64,000 nucleotides of DNA from Amoebophrya sp. A120 (taxonomy: Eukaryota; Protista; Dinoflagellata): positions 835,386-899,385 of the forward strand of contig CAJINV010000016.1 of NCBI GenBank assembly GCA_905178155.1. The letters are read 5' to 3'. The position numbers and the translations under genes were made by a program. The notes under the pieces are model-generated. The model was not told the DNA's origin. It ran no database searches and saw only the letters and a program-made list of their open reading frames with translations. Positions 1 through 12,527 of this stretch are shown piece by piece. Each line of letters starts with the position of its first letter. Positions within the stretch are counted from its first letter, which is position 1.

Positions 1-1691
1 TTCTTCTAGTTTTTTTTTTCTAAATGTCAATGACAACTCAATAAAGCAGTTTTCAAATAATACCAAGCCCTCTGCCGTCAATAGGAAATGAGAGGTTTTT
101 CATACAGAAAGTATAAAAAAGGAGGGGTTCTGTAGCAAAGCGCTTCTGGTTTCGGGAAGTTAAGCAAATCTCTGTGGCAAGAATCGGCCTTATGTACTAC
201 AAAGTCTTGTTGTGTGTAGCTAGCGAGACAAATACAGTCAAAGCAGGGTTTGCTTTGTCTCACACAAAAGTCGCTTTTCGAGAACTTCTTCGTACTCACA
301 GATTGCTTGTATTTTTCAATATATAGAAGTCAGAATTCTTCTACTTCTGAAGAAAACGACAAAAGTTCCAGTACTAGTCCGCCCGTATTTATTATTTACT
401 ACGACCACCTACTTATATTTTGATTTTTCGCTTGCGCGTTAGCTAAGCAGTGCGACCTCCACCGCTGCAGTACCGCTGCTACTGAAAATAAGTAACGCGG
501 AGCAAGGGACATTCATACACTTACACCCGAATCAGGATGATGGTACCGCTCACCGAAATAATCAATTTCGAAATGTTTTGTTGAAAAAAATCGATCGACT
601 GGACTCACTAGGGGCGTGATTTACCTACTGTTGTTTCATGACCTGCTGGTTCACTGCATTTATTTTCTTTTGTGTAGGAAAAGAATTTAGAATAAGAAAC
701 CTTAACTTTATTGACTGGTTGCAATTGCATCAATCTTCACTCTCATCATGCCACCGCTGGCAATGACAGTCTCGCATCCACCGTCGTCGAGACCAAAGCC
801 TGGGCAGCTACCGCAGTATTTCCTGCATCCGGTTTCTTGAAAGATAGCCACTCTCGTTCTGTTCTTCCTCTTCCGAAGTAGATCGGAGGGTCTCACTTTC
901 TGACGATCGCCTGCAACGATTGAATAGCAGTTTCGATCACAGGAACTACGCTCTTTAGAAGTTTGTTGAGTATTGAAAGATCCGATTGCAGGAGGCGCGC
1001 TAAGGATCTCTGACGCACCACTCAGATTTTAGCGCCCTGGTTTGCCACTGCGCTTGCTTTTCATGCACGCTCACATTCATCATACTGTTGCTCTTGCTGC
1101 CGATGACTTTGGCATGGAGAAGCTTATAATTCAGGGCTGATCATGATCAACGTGAGGATAATGATAGACAAAATGCATGATGGTGGTTCTGTCACAGGCC
1201 GCCGAACACGCAGCAGCGTGTTGTGATGTGTTTCAAGGAAGAACGATCAAAGCAGGATCAGACTCCAACTGTATTTTTACAGCTTTGTTTCGATCCAGAT
1301 TTCCATTTACTCTTTTGTAAAGCCTACATCTTCGAGTTCGAGTTCCACTTTAAGCTGCTGTTTTGGTTGTCTACTTTGTCAGTCCAGAAACCATCATCGC
1401 ATGAAAATTTTGGAAGAAATTGTATGATAGAAACGAGGAAACTATAAGAAGGTTACAGTACTCGCTGTCGCTACAGATTTTTGTAAAATCGCGAAACCGA
1501 TGAATCAAGTACGAGTATCGGTACATCTAGTGTATTACAAGAAGAAATCCTAAAGCCATATACAAAATTTCTCAGAAGAACTTTATCCCGAGGTAAAAGA
1601 AACTTACCCGCGGCATCAAGAGCCTTCTAGCTATCGATAGAGCCGGTCAACATCAACTTTTCCAACAACAGAAGACAGAAACAAACAAGCT

Positions 1692-3847
1692 ATGCCCTCC
1701 ATTAACAGTCTGCTTCTGATCGCGCCGCCAGGTGGTGGCAAGGGAACGGTGACGAAACTTTTGCTGAACCGGTGTAAATATGCATAATGCAAAAGTAACG
1801 TACTAGTATAAATTGCATTACAAATTTTGGCAAGAAAAAAAATGGAATTTGTAATGCTGTTTTACCTTAGGAGGAAGATTTGTCATGCGTATTTGCAAGT
1901 AGTACGAGTACGATACTTTTGCACAGCATAGTAAAGCGCTTTTCTCCCAGTACCCGCAGCAGCATTTTTCCATGGGGGATGTGTTGCGGAAAAATTTGGA
2001 CCAGCTGCCACAGGACCAACAGGCAAAGATGCGGAACGGAGAATTACTCCCGGCGCAGGACCTGAAGGAAATCCTGTTTCGGGAGGTGCGGAATTGCCTT
2101 GGTGGTAGTTCTAGCGCTGGAGGTGGCCACGCGGTCGTGGACGGCGTGAATCTTCAGGGTGGTAGAAATTGTAGTGCCGTCAGGGTGGAACATCAAGATG
2201 CCTCTCTCGACGACAATTACAACGGCACTAGCAGTCGTCCACCTTGGATCATCTTGGATGGGTTTCCGCGCACGGTGGAGCAGGCGAAACTACTGGAGCA
2301 GGAGGACGAGAGAAGTGATGAACATCAAATAAGCGATAGCACTCCTACTTCTTCTCGTGTTGACGCCGAGGACCCTGCAGATAGGACGACTATCACGCCA
2401 AGTATCCACAAAAAAACGAGAGCCATCCCCGTTCATTTTTTGTATAGCAAGGAGTGGATTTTATGCATGTTTTGTGTGACAAATTCGATAAGGATGGTTC
2501 TTTTTTTGTGGATCATACCAAAAATCGCCGTCTTCCTCGATGTGCCAACGGAGGAAATCTTGGACCGCATCGAGCACCGCTTGATCCACCCCGGTTCTGG
2601 TCGGACGTACAATGAAAAATGGAACCCGCCGAAAGTCCCCAACGTCGATGACGTGACTGGAGTATGAAATGTAAAAATGTCTGGGTCTGGAAGAGTGCAG
2701 ATTTGTCGTGCACATTTTCCATGCCCCATGAGGGCTGGAATGCAGGACCTAGCATCACAGATTTTCGGAATGCCTCCTAATGCCTATTCCGTTTGTAAGA
2801 ATAACCCAACAAGGCAACACTGGAGCTCCACCTTGCTCGCGGGCTTGGATGGTAAATCAGGTCAGCCACATCTAGCGCCCACTGGCCGTACTCACGCGTA
2901 AGCAATCGCAAACGGTTCGGCGGATGCGGTCGGGTGGTACCTGTAGGACGTGGAACGGGTGTCCACCTAGGGGTATTGGCAGAGGCTAAATCTGTTCTAA
3001 CGCCACGGCATTGGCAGAGGCTAAATCTGTTCTAACGCCACCCTGACAGGAGTCAAATGTCAAAGCGATGCGATACGATACGCGTAGCACAATCTGGGCT
3101 CCTCTTGCTGGTCATGCAATACGGATTTTTTTAGAATCCAAAGACAGCATGACAAGTTTGGATCCTTCCAGACCCAGACATTTTTGCAATGCATATGGAG
3201 AACCGCTGGAACGGCGCGCGGACGACGATTTCGCCACAGTGAAGAGGCGATTGGAAGTTTTTCGCGAATTCACTTGGAAACCGCTTTTGGATCACTACGT
3301 CGGGCAGAGACCACCACGGCGGGGAACAAGTACACAAGATGAACTACACGAGGACGGCTGCACGTCAAAAACAACAACCTTCATCGTCTCCGGAGACGGG
3401 AAAGGCGCGGGGCTAGTGCAGCAGTTGACTTCAGCAGCAGCTGGTGATCCAAATCGTTCTGCTTCGGGACGAACAAGAACAGGCCCCCGTGATGTCTTCG
3501 ACGTGGCGAAGAATCTGAATTTGATTAACCAGGGCCGCCGGAGCGAGGCGATCGTCGAAGAGCTGTTGGCGTGTCCGGAATTCCGCAGCTTGCTGGGGCT
3601 GGACGCTCTTGAACGTGAGCACAGCGCAGGCGCAGATTACACTGCAGAAGGCCACCAGAGCGGAAGATTTCTCTCGAGCGACGAACAAGCCCCAGCCGTG
3701 TTGAACAGTTGTGCGGTTGTAGCCGAGGGCAAGGGTATTACTATTAGACAAGAGCCAATGGGGCGAGAAGAGGTGGCGGGAAACAGTGAACGCTCGCGCC
3801 AACAAGGAGCCGCTTCTACACGAGCTCCTGTGTACTCACGACTGTAA
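1692..3847 (+). CDS. adk: Adenylate kinase, 4 exons split by three introners (1779-1930, 2403-2517, 2663-3195)
   Basis: P-loop APPGGGKGT after ATG 1692, then [12 protein letters not shown] and the LID region HPGSGRTYN...DDVTG|EPLERRADD. The LID motif is rejoined only after removing the introner; stop TAA at 3847. Confidence 0.93.
1779..1930. mobile_element. Introner, family B (non-canonical intron in adk)
   Basis: Ends TATGCATAATGCAAAAGTAACGTACTAGTA / TACGAGTACGATACTTTTGCACAGCATA. TSD GTAAA (1774-78, 1931-35). Removal restores RC-K-ALFSQY. Confidence 0.9.
2403..2517. mobile_element. Introner, family D (120 nt with TSD, in-frame and stop-free)
   Basis: TATCCACAAAAAAA...TTTTTTTGTGGATCATA flanked by CCAAG/CCAAA. 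Removal gives [13 protein letters not shown], typical of the AK beta strand. Confidence 0.8.
2663..3195 (-). mobile_element. Introner, family A, inverted relative to the 58354 and 59472 copies, with about 290 bp of internal extra sequence
   Basis: TIR TGTAAAAATGTCTGGGTCTGGAAG / CTTCCAGACCCAGACATTTTTGCA. Perfect TSD TGGAG. Removal restores [12 protein letters not shown]. Confidence 0.92.
2975..3041. repeat. 32-bp direct repeat x2 inside the introner cargo
   Basis: ATTGGCAGAGGCTAAATCTGTTCTAACGCCAC at 2975-3006 and 3010-3041. Confidence 0.9.
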
Positions 3848-6263
3848 GCAAGAACTCCTTGTTGCGAAGTGTGACTAAAGTAAAGACTTGTTGGAAAGTG
3901 TTGTGTCGAGTAAAGACTTGATGAGATCATGTTGTCCGCCATGTGTGATGAAAGGTAAAAATCGAAGTTGCCAATGCGGAAAGCGAAAGAAACACTAGGT
4001 CTACCCTGTAACAAACCGAAGTGAAGCAAATGCGGAGAAAATTCACCTACGGGCACGGCTCTCTCCGATGCTGTGCAAAAACTTTAATCCTTTCCAAAAA
4101 CCTTCAGGGACTTTTTGTGGCACATCCGTAAGGTGAAGCAGTGGCCAGAGCTCTCGTTAGAACTGAAAAAAGGAAAACTGAAGTGGAAAAAAGAAACTGA
4201 TGCCTCGTTGTTCAACTTCTTCCACTTTTTCTTCGTCGCGGCTAGAGGAATAGCGGAGAAATCAACACAAACTGAGAGAACTCAAGACCAAAACTCTTCT
4301 CCGTGTGCTGCGACTGGTGTTGTATGCGCGTACTTTCGAAATGGAAATAGTCGAGAGCAACGCGAAGAAATATGAGCTTCTAGCTCTAGCCAAAGAGCCT
4401 AGCGCTTTCTGATTGGTGTGTTCTTTTGCGACCTCGCAAATGAAAGCGGCAAGGCCAATAAGCTCCGCGGATCTACTTCTGAAACCGAAAAAAGCAAAAG
4501 ATCTTGAATAGAGCAGTCCTGTATTCCACTGGGCAAGAAAAAAACCAGTCAGACGACGGGCGCCGGCACTTTGAACATTGTGGAAGCGCGTGGGGGTTTG
4601 GGTGGCTTTTCACAGCATAGCGGTGGAGCCGGTGCCGGGTCTCTCGGCCCTGTCCGCCCCGATGCGCCTGCACAAACTAGCTGGGGAGAAAGACTGGCCG
4701 GAGCGGGTCGCGCACCTGTTTCGGACGCCTTCGGAGCGGCTTCGCTGCCAATGAAAGAGCCGCCCCGAGTGCGCCAAGAAGTGCGCCCACGAGAGGGAGG
4801 GGAGGAAGCGCGGAAGGCAATGCAGCACCAGGCGGGCGCCTTTCCCTCCGGCCGTAGGCGCGCGCGCCGCCGGGCCCCGTTCATTACCGGCCGCGGGCCC
4901 TTCGTGATCATGGTCAGCCCGGGCCCCTTCTTGACCGCCTGGGGCAGCCGCGCGCGACTTGGCGCGCGCCCCCGCTGGCGCGATTCCTGCCTGCCGCGCG
5001 AGTCGCGATGTCGGGCCGGGGTAAATGCCCGCGCGCAACTGGGCGAAAAGCGTCGCGGGTGCTCGCTGTGACGAAGGCACCGCCAGCGCCTTGGTCGCAG
5101 AGCACATGGCTGCGGATTTTCGCCGCCACAAAATTAAGGCGGCCCCCACTCTCGAGTTCCGGAACCCATGGAAGCCCGAGCTTGGCCACATCTTGAAGGG
5201 CTCCGCCCCGATGAAGATGCCCAAGGCCGCGACTTCCCCCCGCCCCGCCCCCTCCGGCAGCCAGCGGCCCAGGCCCGGGAGGGCCCGCCGGCCGCACTGG
5301 CGCGGGCGCCCTGTGCGCCCGCCTGCCTCAGGGGCGCGGCCGTTGCCCCCCGAGCGCTCTCCGCCCCTTCTCGGGCGGCCGGCGTCGCGCGCCCTCCCCC
5401 CTGCCCCCCTCCTGGCTGTCTGATTCATTAGTTACGCGCATTCTGGGTCGTGGCACTCTGGCCCTGGCCCCGCTCGATCGTTTGTTGAGACTCGGCCTCG
5501 CGCGGATCGGGCCGTCCGATCGTCCGTCCCGGTGGTTGCCTTCGTGTGCCGCGCCAGCTGCGGGCCTCAGTGAGTTCGTTGCATGCCCCGCCCGGCGGCG
5601 TGGACTTCGTTTTTGTCTGTGGTCGGTCCCGGCGTTGACTTGGCATCCGGGCCGTGGTGTTTTCTATTAATTTTGTGACATTGCCTTCGAACCGATGATC
5701 ATGCCAAGGAAGTGGGTGTCTGCCCACCTCGCTGGCTCTTGCGTTCTTGGCTGGCGTTGTTCTCTCATTGCTTGAGCGCTTTCATTGCGGCTATCGCGTT
5801 GCGGCACTGCGATTTCCTTCGCGCAGCAGCCGGCGCTCCTTTGGCGACCTTTCCTGTCATTTGTCGACGCTCACTTCCTTTACTTTGCAAAGAACACAGT
5901 CCGGTGCATAAGTATTTCCCAATTTTATTGAGTAGTGTCGTTTTCCCTATCTTATATCAGCACCTCTGCACAGAGACAGAGAGGTCTGCATTTTTGGCAA
6001 CAAGATAGATACAGCCGCGTACTAAGACACCTGAATTACTAGGAAACAGAATTCCAGAGGAAAGTTCTTCGGCCTAGTTGTTTTAGAAGTGTACACACGT
6101 GGTCGACGACTGCGACATAAGTATTCAGATGTTCTCGTCATGTCCGTAATGCAGAGCTTCCGTGCGGCCGTCCGACTCCGATGGAAGAGGAAGAGGTAAG
6201 GCGCAAGTAGATCATCAAGCACTTTGTACAGCAGTATCGGGACGAAACTCTACTTGATCCAAA

Positions 6264-9200
6264 ATGAAGAGGCGTTCACCAGAAAACTTTTCCAGCTTCC
6301 GGGGCCAGCACCTCTGCGTCTTCTTCCTCCTTTTCCATCAAGCGAGCCCAGTCACCGTCTCGGCTGCAGCGTTCTTGCCTTCCGGGGGTTCCTCCGTGGC
6401 GACAATATCAGCCGGGCCTGTAGTCGCCTCGTACAGCTCTGGAGCCCACACACCCCGGGCGCCGTATCATCTTGCTTCTAGTGCGGTACCAGTGCCAACC
6501 GCCTCGCATGGCGGTTTATTCACATCATCGTCGGCGTCACCGGGTGGTACTACGTCTACAGGTCATGCGCCGCTGATAATACCTGGGACGGTTTTTGGAG
6601 CAGCTGCACCTCCTGTGTTCGCTTCTGCGTCGCAACAACAGTTTCAGCCAGGAGCCCCGTCCGCCTTTCTCCGATCAAACAGCTCCGTGGGGAACACGAG
6701 AAGTTCTTCTAGCAATAGCACCGCTTCCGCAGTCCAGCGCGCACGGAGTCAGCCGCAGCCGGGACAGCTGTTGGGGCGAGCAGGGGCGATGCCGGTAGTA
6801 CAAACTACAGGGTCTTTATCGCAACACCAGCAGCAAGCACAAAGAGCCCCTGCTTCGTGGGCATACCCTGCAAGAGGACCGCAGCATCAACAAACAGTGC
6901 CTGCTGGAGTTTCCGGAGGTCCACAAACAGCAACACCGCTCCCTGGGGGACCACCTGTTGGAGCTGCTGCGCCACAACTACACTCCCACGGCGCCGCTTC
7001 CAGTACCCGCACAGCCACCCCCGCGACCACGCGAACTCACACGCCCGGCGGGTCCATGCACGTGCCGTTGCGTGGAACTTCATCCTCCCTGGCAGCCCCG
7101 GCTGGGTTATCGGTACCGTTTTTCGGTGGTTTTTTTGGTGGTGCTCCTCCGCAAGCATCCGGCCACCAAACTCCCAGCCCGAGTGGAGGAGGTGCTCCTG
7201 TATTATCAAGGAACTTATTGCACAACAACGTTCGTGCCATGACGCCAAACACCAGCCCAGCAGGGTTTGCGCCCATGGGCCTGCAGTCCAGCCAGCCGCT
7301 ACTGACAGCAGGAGCTTCAACTGCAGCTACTACTTCGCCGCTATCGAGTATGCTCTACGGCGCCATACCTGGAACTACAGCAACTGCAAGTGGTTTATCA
7401 CCAGCAAATAAATCTAAAGAGCCTTGCCCCCTCTGCTTCGAGGACCACAACCACCCAAGCGAAGGAAATTTCGTCTGCCGGCACTGCGGCGCCTTCGCGC
7501 ACCGGACGTGCTTAATCCCCTGGATTGTTCCGGGAATTCAGGCGAAGGGCAATTCGGAGCTGCCCCCGGACCGGGGAGACACACCGGCCGGCGAGACGTT
7601 CGTGGGCATGAGTCTCGGCGACGTCCCGGGGAACAACTTCGTCACTTCCAGACATTGCCCGACGTGCGGGGGCGAAATTGGCTTCAACGAGTTTTTGCAC
7701 AGCGTGCGGCCGGGACGGGCGTATCAAATTGGAAAATCCGAAATTTGGTATAGGGAAGAAGAGGAGAAGCTGCAAACCGTGCTGGACCTCGGCGTGGATC
7801 TGCTACATAACACCGAGAAGGCCGCTATCATGGAAGTCTCGCGGATCTCCGCCGCGTTCGCCGCCTGGCGGTCTGCGGTCGATTTTTTCGTGCGCGACTT
7901 GGAGCCGCTACTCGCGGCGGCCGAGGTGATCAGTATGAATGTGGACGAGCTAGCGAAGCAGATGCAGCAGTTTTCACTCCTAGGAACCAGTACATCAAAC
8001 AATAACGCAGCATTTGTTTCATCATCTCCCCGTCGTGCCACCACATCAACCACCCAATCGCTGCTCGACCAGAGCCTCTTGACTTCCGAAAGGGACGCTG
8101 CGCTCTACAAGACAGTAGGCAGAGAGGAGCTGGGCATGGAAACGGACGTCTATGCCAGGTTTGTTACGAAGTGCCGGATATGCATTGCAAAGATGTCTGG
8201 GTCTGGAAGAATGCAACTTGTAAAGGTAATTCTGGCTCATGCAAAAATTCGTGTTGCACGAATGTCAAAAGTTGTCCACTTTTGACGAAGTTGAAAGGAA
8301 GTTTCTCATGCAGGATAGGCATGATAACAATCCCACATAATCTGTCATGCTAGGTCCTGCATTCCACATGACATGGATCATTCAAAATATGCATGACAAG
8401 TCTAGCAAAGCCCCAGACATTTTTGCATTTGATACCGGAAGACGACTCCGTTTTCCGCTTCCGAGAGGATTCAGGACCGGCCGACGGTGAAAGCGTTACT
8501 AGACTGCGGCTTGGTGAAGTTTATGCGGAAGTATTTGCGGCTCGGCGCCGGGGGAGATGAAAGTACAGCGTTTGTAAAAGCGGCACAGGACATGAGCTAC
8601 GGCTCGATGCCAACGACTATCAGCGGCGGATTTTCCAAATCGGAATTGCTCGAGATACACGTGAAACTGGACGAATTGCTTCACGAAGAGTGGTCAAAGC
8701 CTGTGAACACGAGTAGTGGGTCTAGTGGAGGTGCTGGTGCTGGGGCGGGCAATGCGAACGTATACTAATGCTGTTCTAGTAGCTGCTTACTTTCGAAAAT
8801 TTCGATGAACTTGATGTTTTTCCATTTGCACTGCTCGTTTCTTCATGACGAAAAAGTTCGTACGAGTACGAAGTGCTCGAATTCCGCACAAACAAAAAAA
8901 CAGCTTGTCGTCTCGTCCCAGCCTTCCGGCAGCATTAAGCCAACACCTCCGACGGAGCGGGCGAAAGAGCAGCTCGAATCGGGCCTCCAGTACGAACACT
9001 ACATCATGAACAGTTTCAATAAAGCGCTGGAGGAAATTTATGGGTTCTCCGTTCTCGAAGCCCTCGACCCCGACTGCAAGCAGGAGCTGGTGAAGTACCT
9101 GACACAGCGCGCCTTGCCGTTTTTTCCGAAATTCAGGAACAGCGAGCAGTTCGAGCTTCTTGTCTACGAGCACTACTGGCGGGTCGACTGGGCGGCGAAA

Positions 9201-9689
9201 ATTTTGACGCACGACACGCAGTACAAGAACCTTCTGGCAAACGGCCACGTGCCGGTGGGCAGCAGCAGGAACTTTGACCAGAATCAAAAGTTGGACGAAG
9301 TCATGCGGGAAAAGAAAAGCGGGAAAGAGAAAATGGATAGTAGTAGTACTTCTGGCAGAAATACGGATCATGGAACGTCATCAAATACTAGCACAACAGG
9401 AGGCAAGAGCAGCAGTAAAAAGAGTCAGAAACACAGTATAAAGCCGAAGAAACTGCCCGCCCTTTCCGTAACCACCGTCATCAACGCAGGTTCCTTTCTG
9501 GCGCAGGGCGTTTCCGCGCGGCAACTGGTCCAGCCTTTGTTCCCTTCGGCCTACAGTTTTTTCAGTGACAGGTCGGGTCAACACCTGTCAGCTGGGATGA
9601 ATCAACCGAAGATGAGCACCGAGGCGAGCATCAAAAAGACGGTAAAGAAAAAGAAAAAGAAGGGGTTTGTTAGTTACGTGTGCTGCTAG
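6264..9689 (+). CDS. RINGv/C4HC3 zinc-finger protein with low-complexity N-terminus; 3 exons
   Basis: CPLC..CRHC..AHRTCL.PW..CPTC. Introner 8179-8434 joins ORF 6264 to ORF 8487 in frame. GT-AG intron 8760-8903 joins to the ORF ending KKKKKKGFVSYVCC. Confidence 0.75.
8179..8434. mobile_element. Introner, family A
   Basis: TATGCATTGCAAAGATGTCTGGG...CCCAGACATTTTTGCATTTGATA; TSD CCGGA; frame restored on removal. Confidence 0.9.
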
Positions 9690-11285
9690 GACGAGAAATT
9701 GGAGCGCGGTTGTTCTTTCATACAGATGAGACCACTACTTCTTGCTGTCGTGTCGGCGCTGCATTTTACTTCTCGATAGGAGAAAGACGGCCTCCTGTCG
9801 AAGATCGTTTTTGCACATTGATCATGTTGAGTGGATTCGTACTTTTGATGACTTTGCTAAATTGATACAAACAAAATTTGGTTCTTCGACTTGTTCGAAA
9901 CTGCATATGCAAGTGTCACAAGAATGAATCTTCCGGCTCTTGCAAACTGTTTCGCCACATCAAGAAATGCGATCGATCGCTTCGGCTTTTTCTTCGGCCA
10001 ACTTTGATGGACAGCTCAGTACTACTGTAAAGAATATAGAAATTATACCTGCAAAACGCACAGTTGCCTGTTTCTAAGCTACTGAAGCTGGGAATACTAG
10101 ATCACACTACAAAACGAGTTCTCGCCACAACCACCAACCTTTCATCAACAGGAAATTTCGAATACAGAGAAAATACCTTTCGCACCATGATGCCGAAGAA
10201 AATTTCGTATACCATGACAATAGAAAAATACAAATGCATATGCAATAAACAAGCATGCTCGGGAAGTTGGGCAATGAATGCGGATAAATCGCGCGACTAC
10301 AACAACTTACTTGCGCGATTGCAATGACCAATGACAACTCCATGTCCTACGACTTATGTCCAATTTTGACAAAATGCTCCGGAAGAAAGATGATAAAAGA
10401 ACAAGCAAGTACTTTGTTACAATCAAGTACAACATCCACAGCGGTTTAGTAGTATCGTGACTAGGAAGGATTTGTCAACTTGATGCGTGTTGAGCATCGC
10501 CGTAGTAGACATTTCTGCTTCTGCGGTCGCTGCTCTACCACTTGGATGCGTTGTTCCGCATTAATAACGAGTGCTGATTGAAGAGGAGTTACAATAGGTT
10601 CTTTGCGCAGCGTAGAGATTGATATTGAAAGCGATCATTTTCCCGACCGCGTTCTGAATGCACGCACAGCAGCACAGGAAGATCCTGCTTATTGCTTTTG
10701 TCGTGATAAATCGAAAGTTTTTGACCGAAGTACTAGCCAGCAAAAAAAAAAAAAGGAATGGTAGATTAGTACTTGGCGCAACAATCCGTAAAATGAATAG
10801 AACTCTAAGATCAAGATTGCAGTCAGTTATATTAAAGCACCTTAGCGCTACTCTACAATTTCGCAGACCTAGGAGGCTCCGTTTAAAAAATACTCACACG
10901 CTCTTAATGGCTGCCCATCAAAGCTAGATCGATTTCAGATTTTCTATGGCAAAAAACGCCTGAAAATCATTGTCAACAAATTGCAACCAAAAAATCATCA
11001 GGGGAAGAGCGGTTAGTTATAGTTCTGCCGTGGGCTGAAAATCACTTTTCTCATCGAGAAAAGGTGGTTTTCGACCTGTATAGCACTTAGCTAACGTAAT
11101 CACTAGTTCGACGTGGTGGAGTGTTTTTCTTCACTGTTGTATCACACACAAAAAAACTTAATGACTTTACTAGCACGACCAAATCACCTAACATTCGTTG
11201 TCACCTCATAGTTTCACCCGAAAATAAAGAATTCTACCTCTTCGATATCATCAGTCTTTAGAAACCTTTCACATAAAAACACAAA

Positions 11286-12512
11286 ATGGCAAGACTAAAG
11301 AAAGACGACGGCGCAAAGAAGAAGGGGAAGGTGAGATAGAGATGTGGATTTTCTTGGGAAGAGTTCTGCGATATTGTTTATTTGTCATGCAAAAACCAGC
11401 ACAGCTGCACCAAGTGTCTGTGATGTAGGAAATGCAATTTGCAACAATAATGTATCAAAAATTCTAGTACAACTACATCCACTAAAACGAACAGGAGCAA
11501 GTGGGAAAGAAGCATTTTGCTGCGGATAAGGAGACCCCAGCCGCTTCCATCGTCGGTGGGAAAACCCCGGGCCTTAATAACGAAACCCCAGCTATCCTGT
11601 GTAGAAACGTCCCCACCCCAGAGTTGTCATGCAAATGCGCAATGGTAGGAACATCTCTAATGCGCATCTCCATGGAAGGCATTTCCAATCGTGTTTTGAC
11701 ATTTGTAATGCTGTAAACAGGATGAGAGAGTGGCTTTCTCATGCGGCTTTCCTTGCTAGCCAGCACTACGCTGCAGATGAAAACTTGTCATGCAGAACTC
11801 CCAAAACTTAGGAATTTGTGTTGCAGACTTCCCATCTTGACTATGGTGTGGGAACGTTTTTACATGGGATACCAGCGGGCTGCGCTCCGGTGGTTGTTGT
11901 GAAGAAGCGCACGACCAAGCCAGGCCAGGCGGCGATCCGGGAAATCAAGAAGTACTTATAGATACGTTTTGTGGATCTGGATCGATTGTTTTTGCATGTT
12001 TCCTTGCATGAGAAATCAATGTTGAATTCACTCACTGCGCATGACAAATTTTTAACAACATTTGTGGTGCGAGGGCATTGCAAAGTATGCAACACAAGAA
12101 CTTTTTACCAGGTACCAGAAATCTACTGAGCTGCTGCTCCGAAAGCTGCCGTTCCAGCGATTAGTTCGTGAGGTGCTCCAGGGCGATACTCGCGCGCAAG
12201 AGTTCCGCTTCCAGTCGCAGGCACTGTTGGCCTTGCAAGAAGCTGCGGAAGCCCACTTAGTTGGCTTGTTCGAGGACACGAACTTGTATAATTGCATAGA
12301 GCTGATTTATTTTGATGCCTTTGTTTCTGAACAGATCCATTTATTGCCTGACAAATTCAAATTTTCCGTTTGAAGTAATTTCTCATGCACAAATCACGCA
12401 CAAAAATCACAGGTGCGCCCTGCATGCCCGTCGCGTGACGATTATGAAGAAGGATTTGCAATTGGCTGTCCGCATTCGCGGCGAGCGCCGGGACCCGGGG
12501 AACGGTTACTAA
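11286..12512 (+). CDS. H3: Histone H3 variant (CENH3 candidate), 5 exons
   Basis: MARLKK... tail, then [31 protein letters not shown]...[55 protein letters not shown] introns 11331-11494, 11952-12111, 12286-12412; introner 11593-11871. Confidence 0.9.
11593..11871. mobile_element. Introner, family C
   Basis: TATCCTGTGTAGAAACGTCCCCAC...GTGGGAACGTTTTTACATGGGATA; TSD CCAGC; homologous to 24528 and 61658. Confidence 0.9.
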
Positions 12513-12527
12513 GCAAACAGTAACTGT

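Noticed and set aside
4549-5431. Overlapping ORFs up to 272 aa in the GC island
   Set aside because: Stop-poor shadow ORFs from high GC, with no motif or coding bias.
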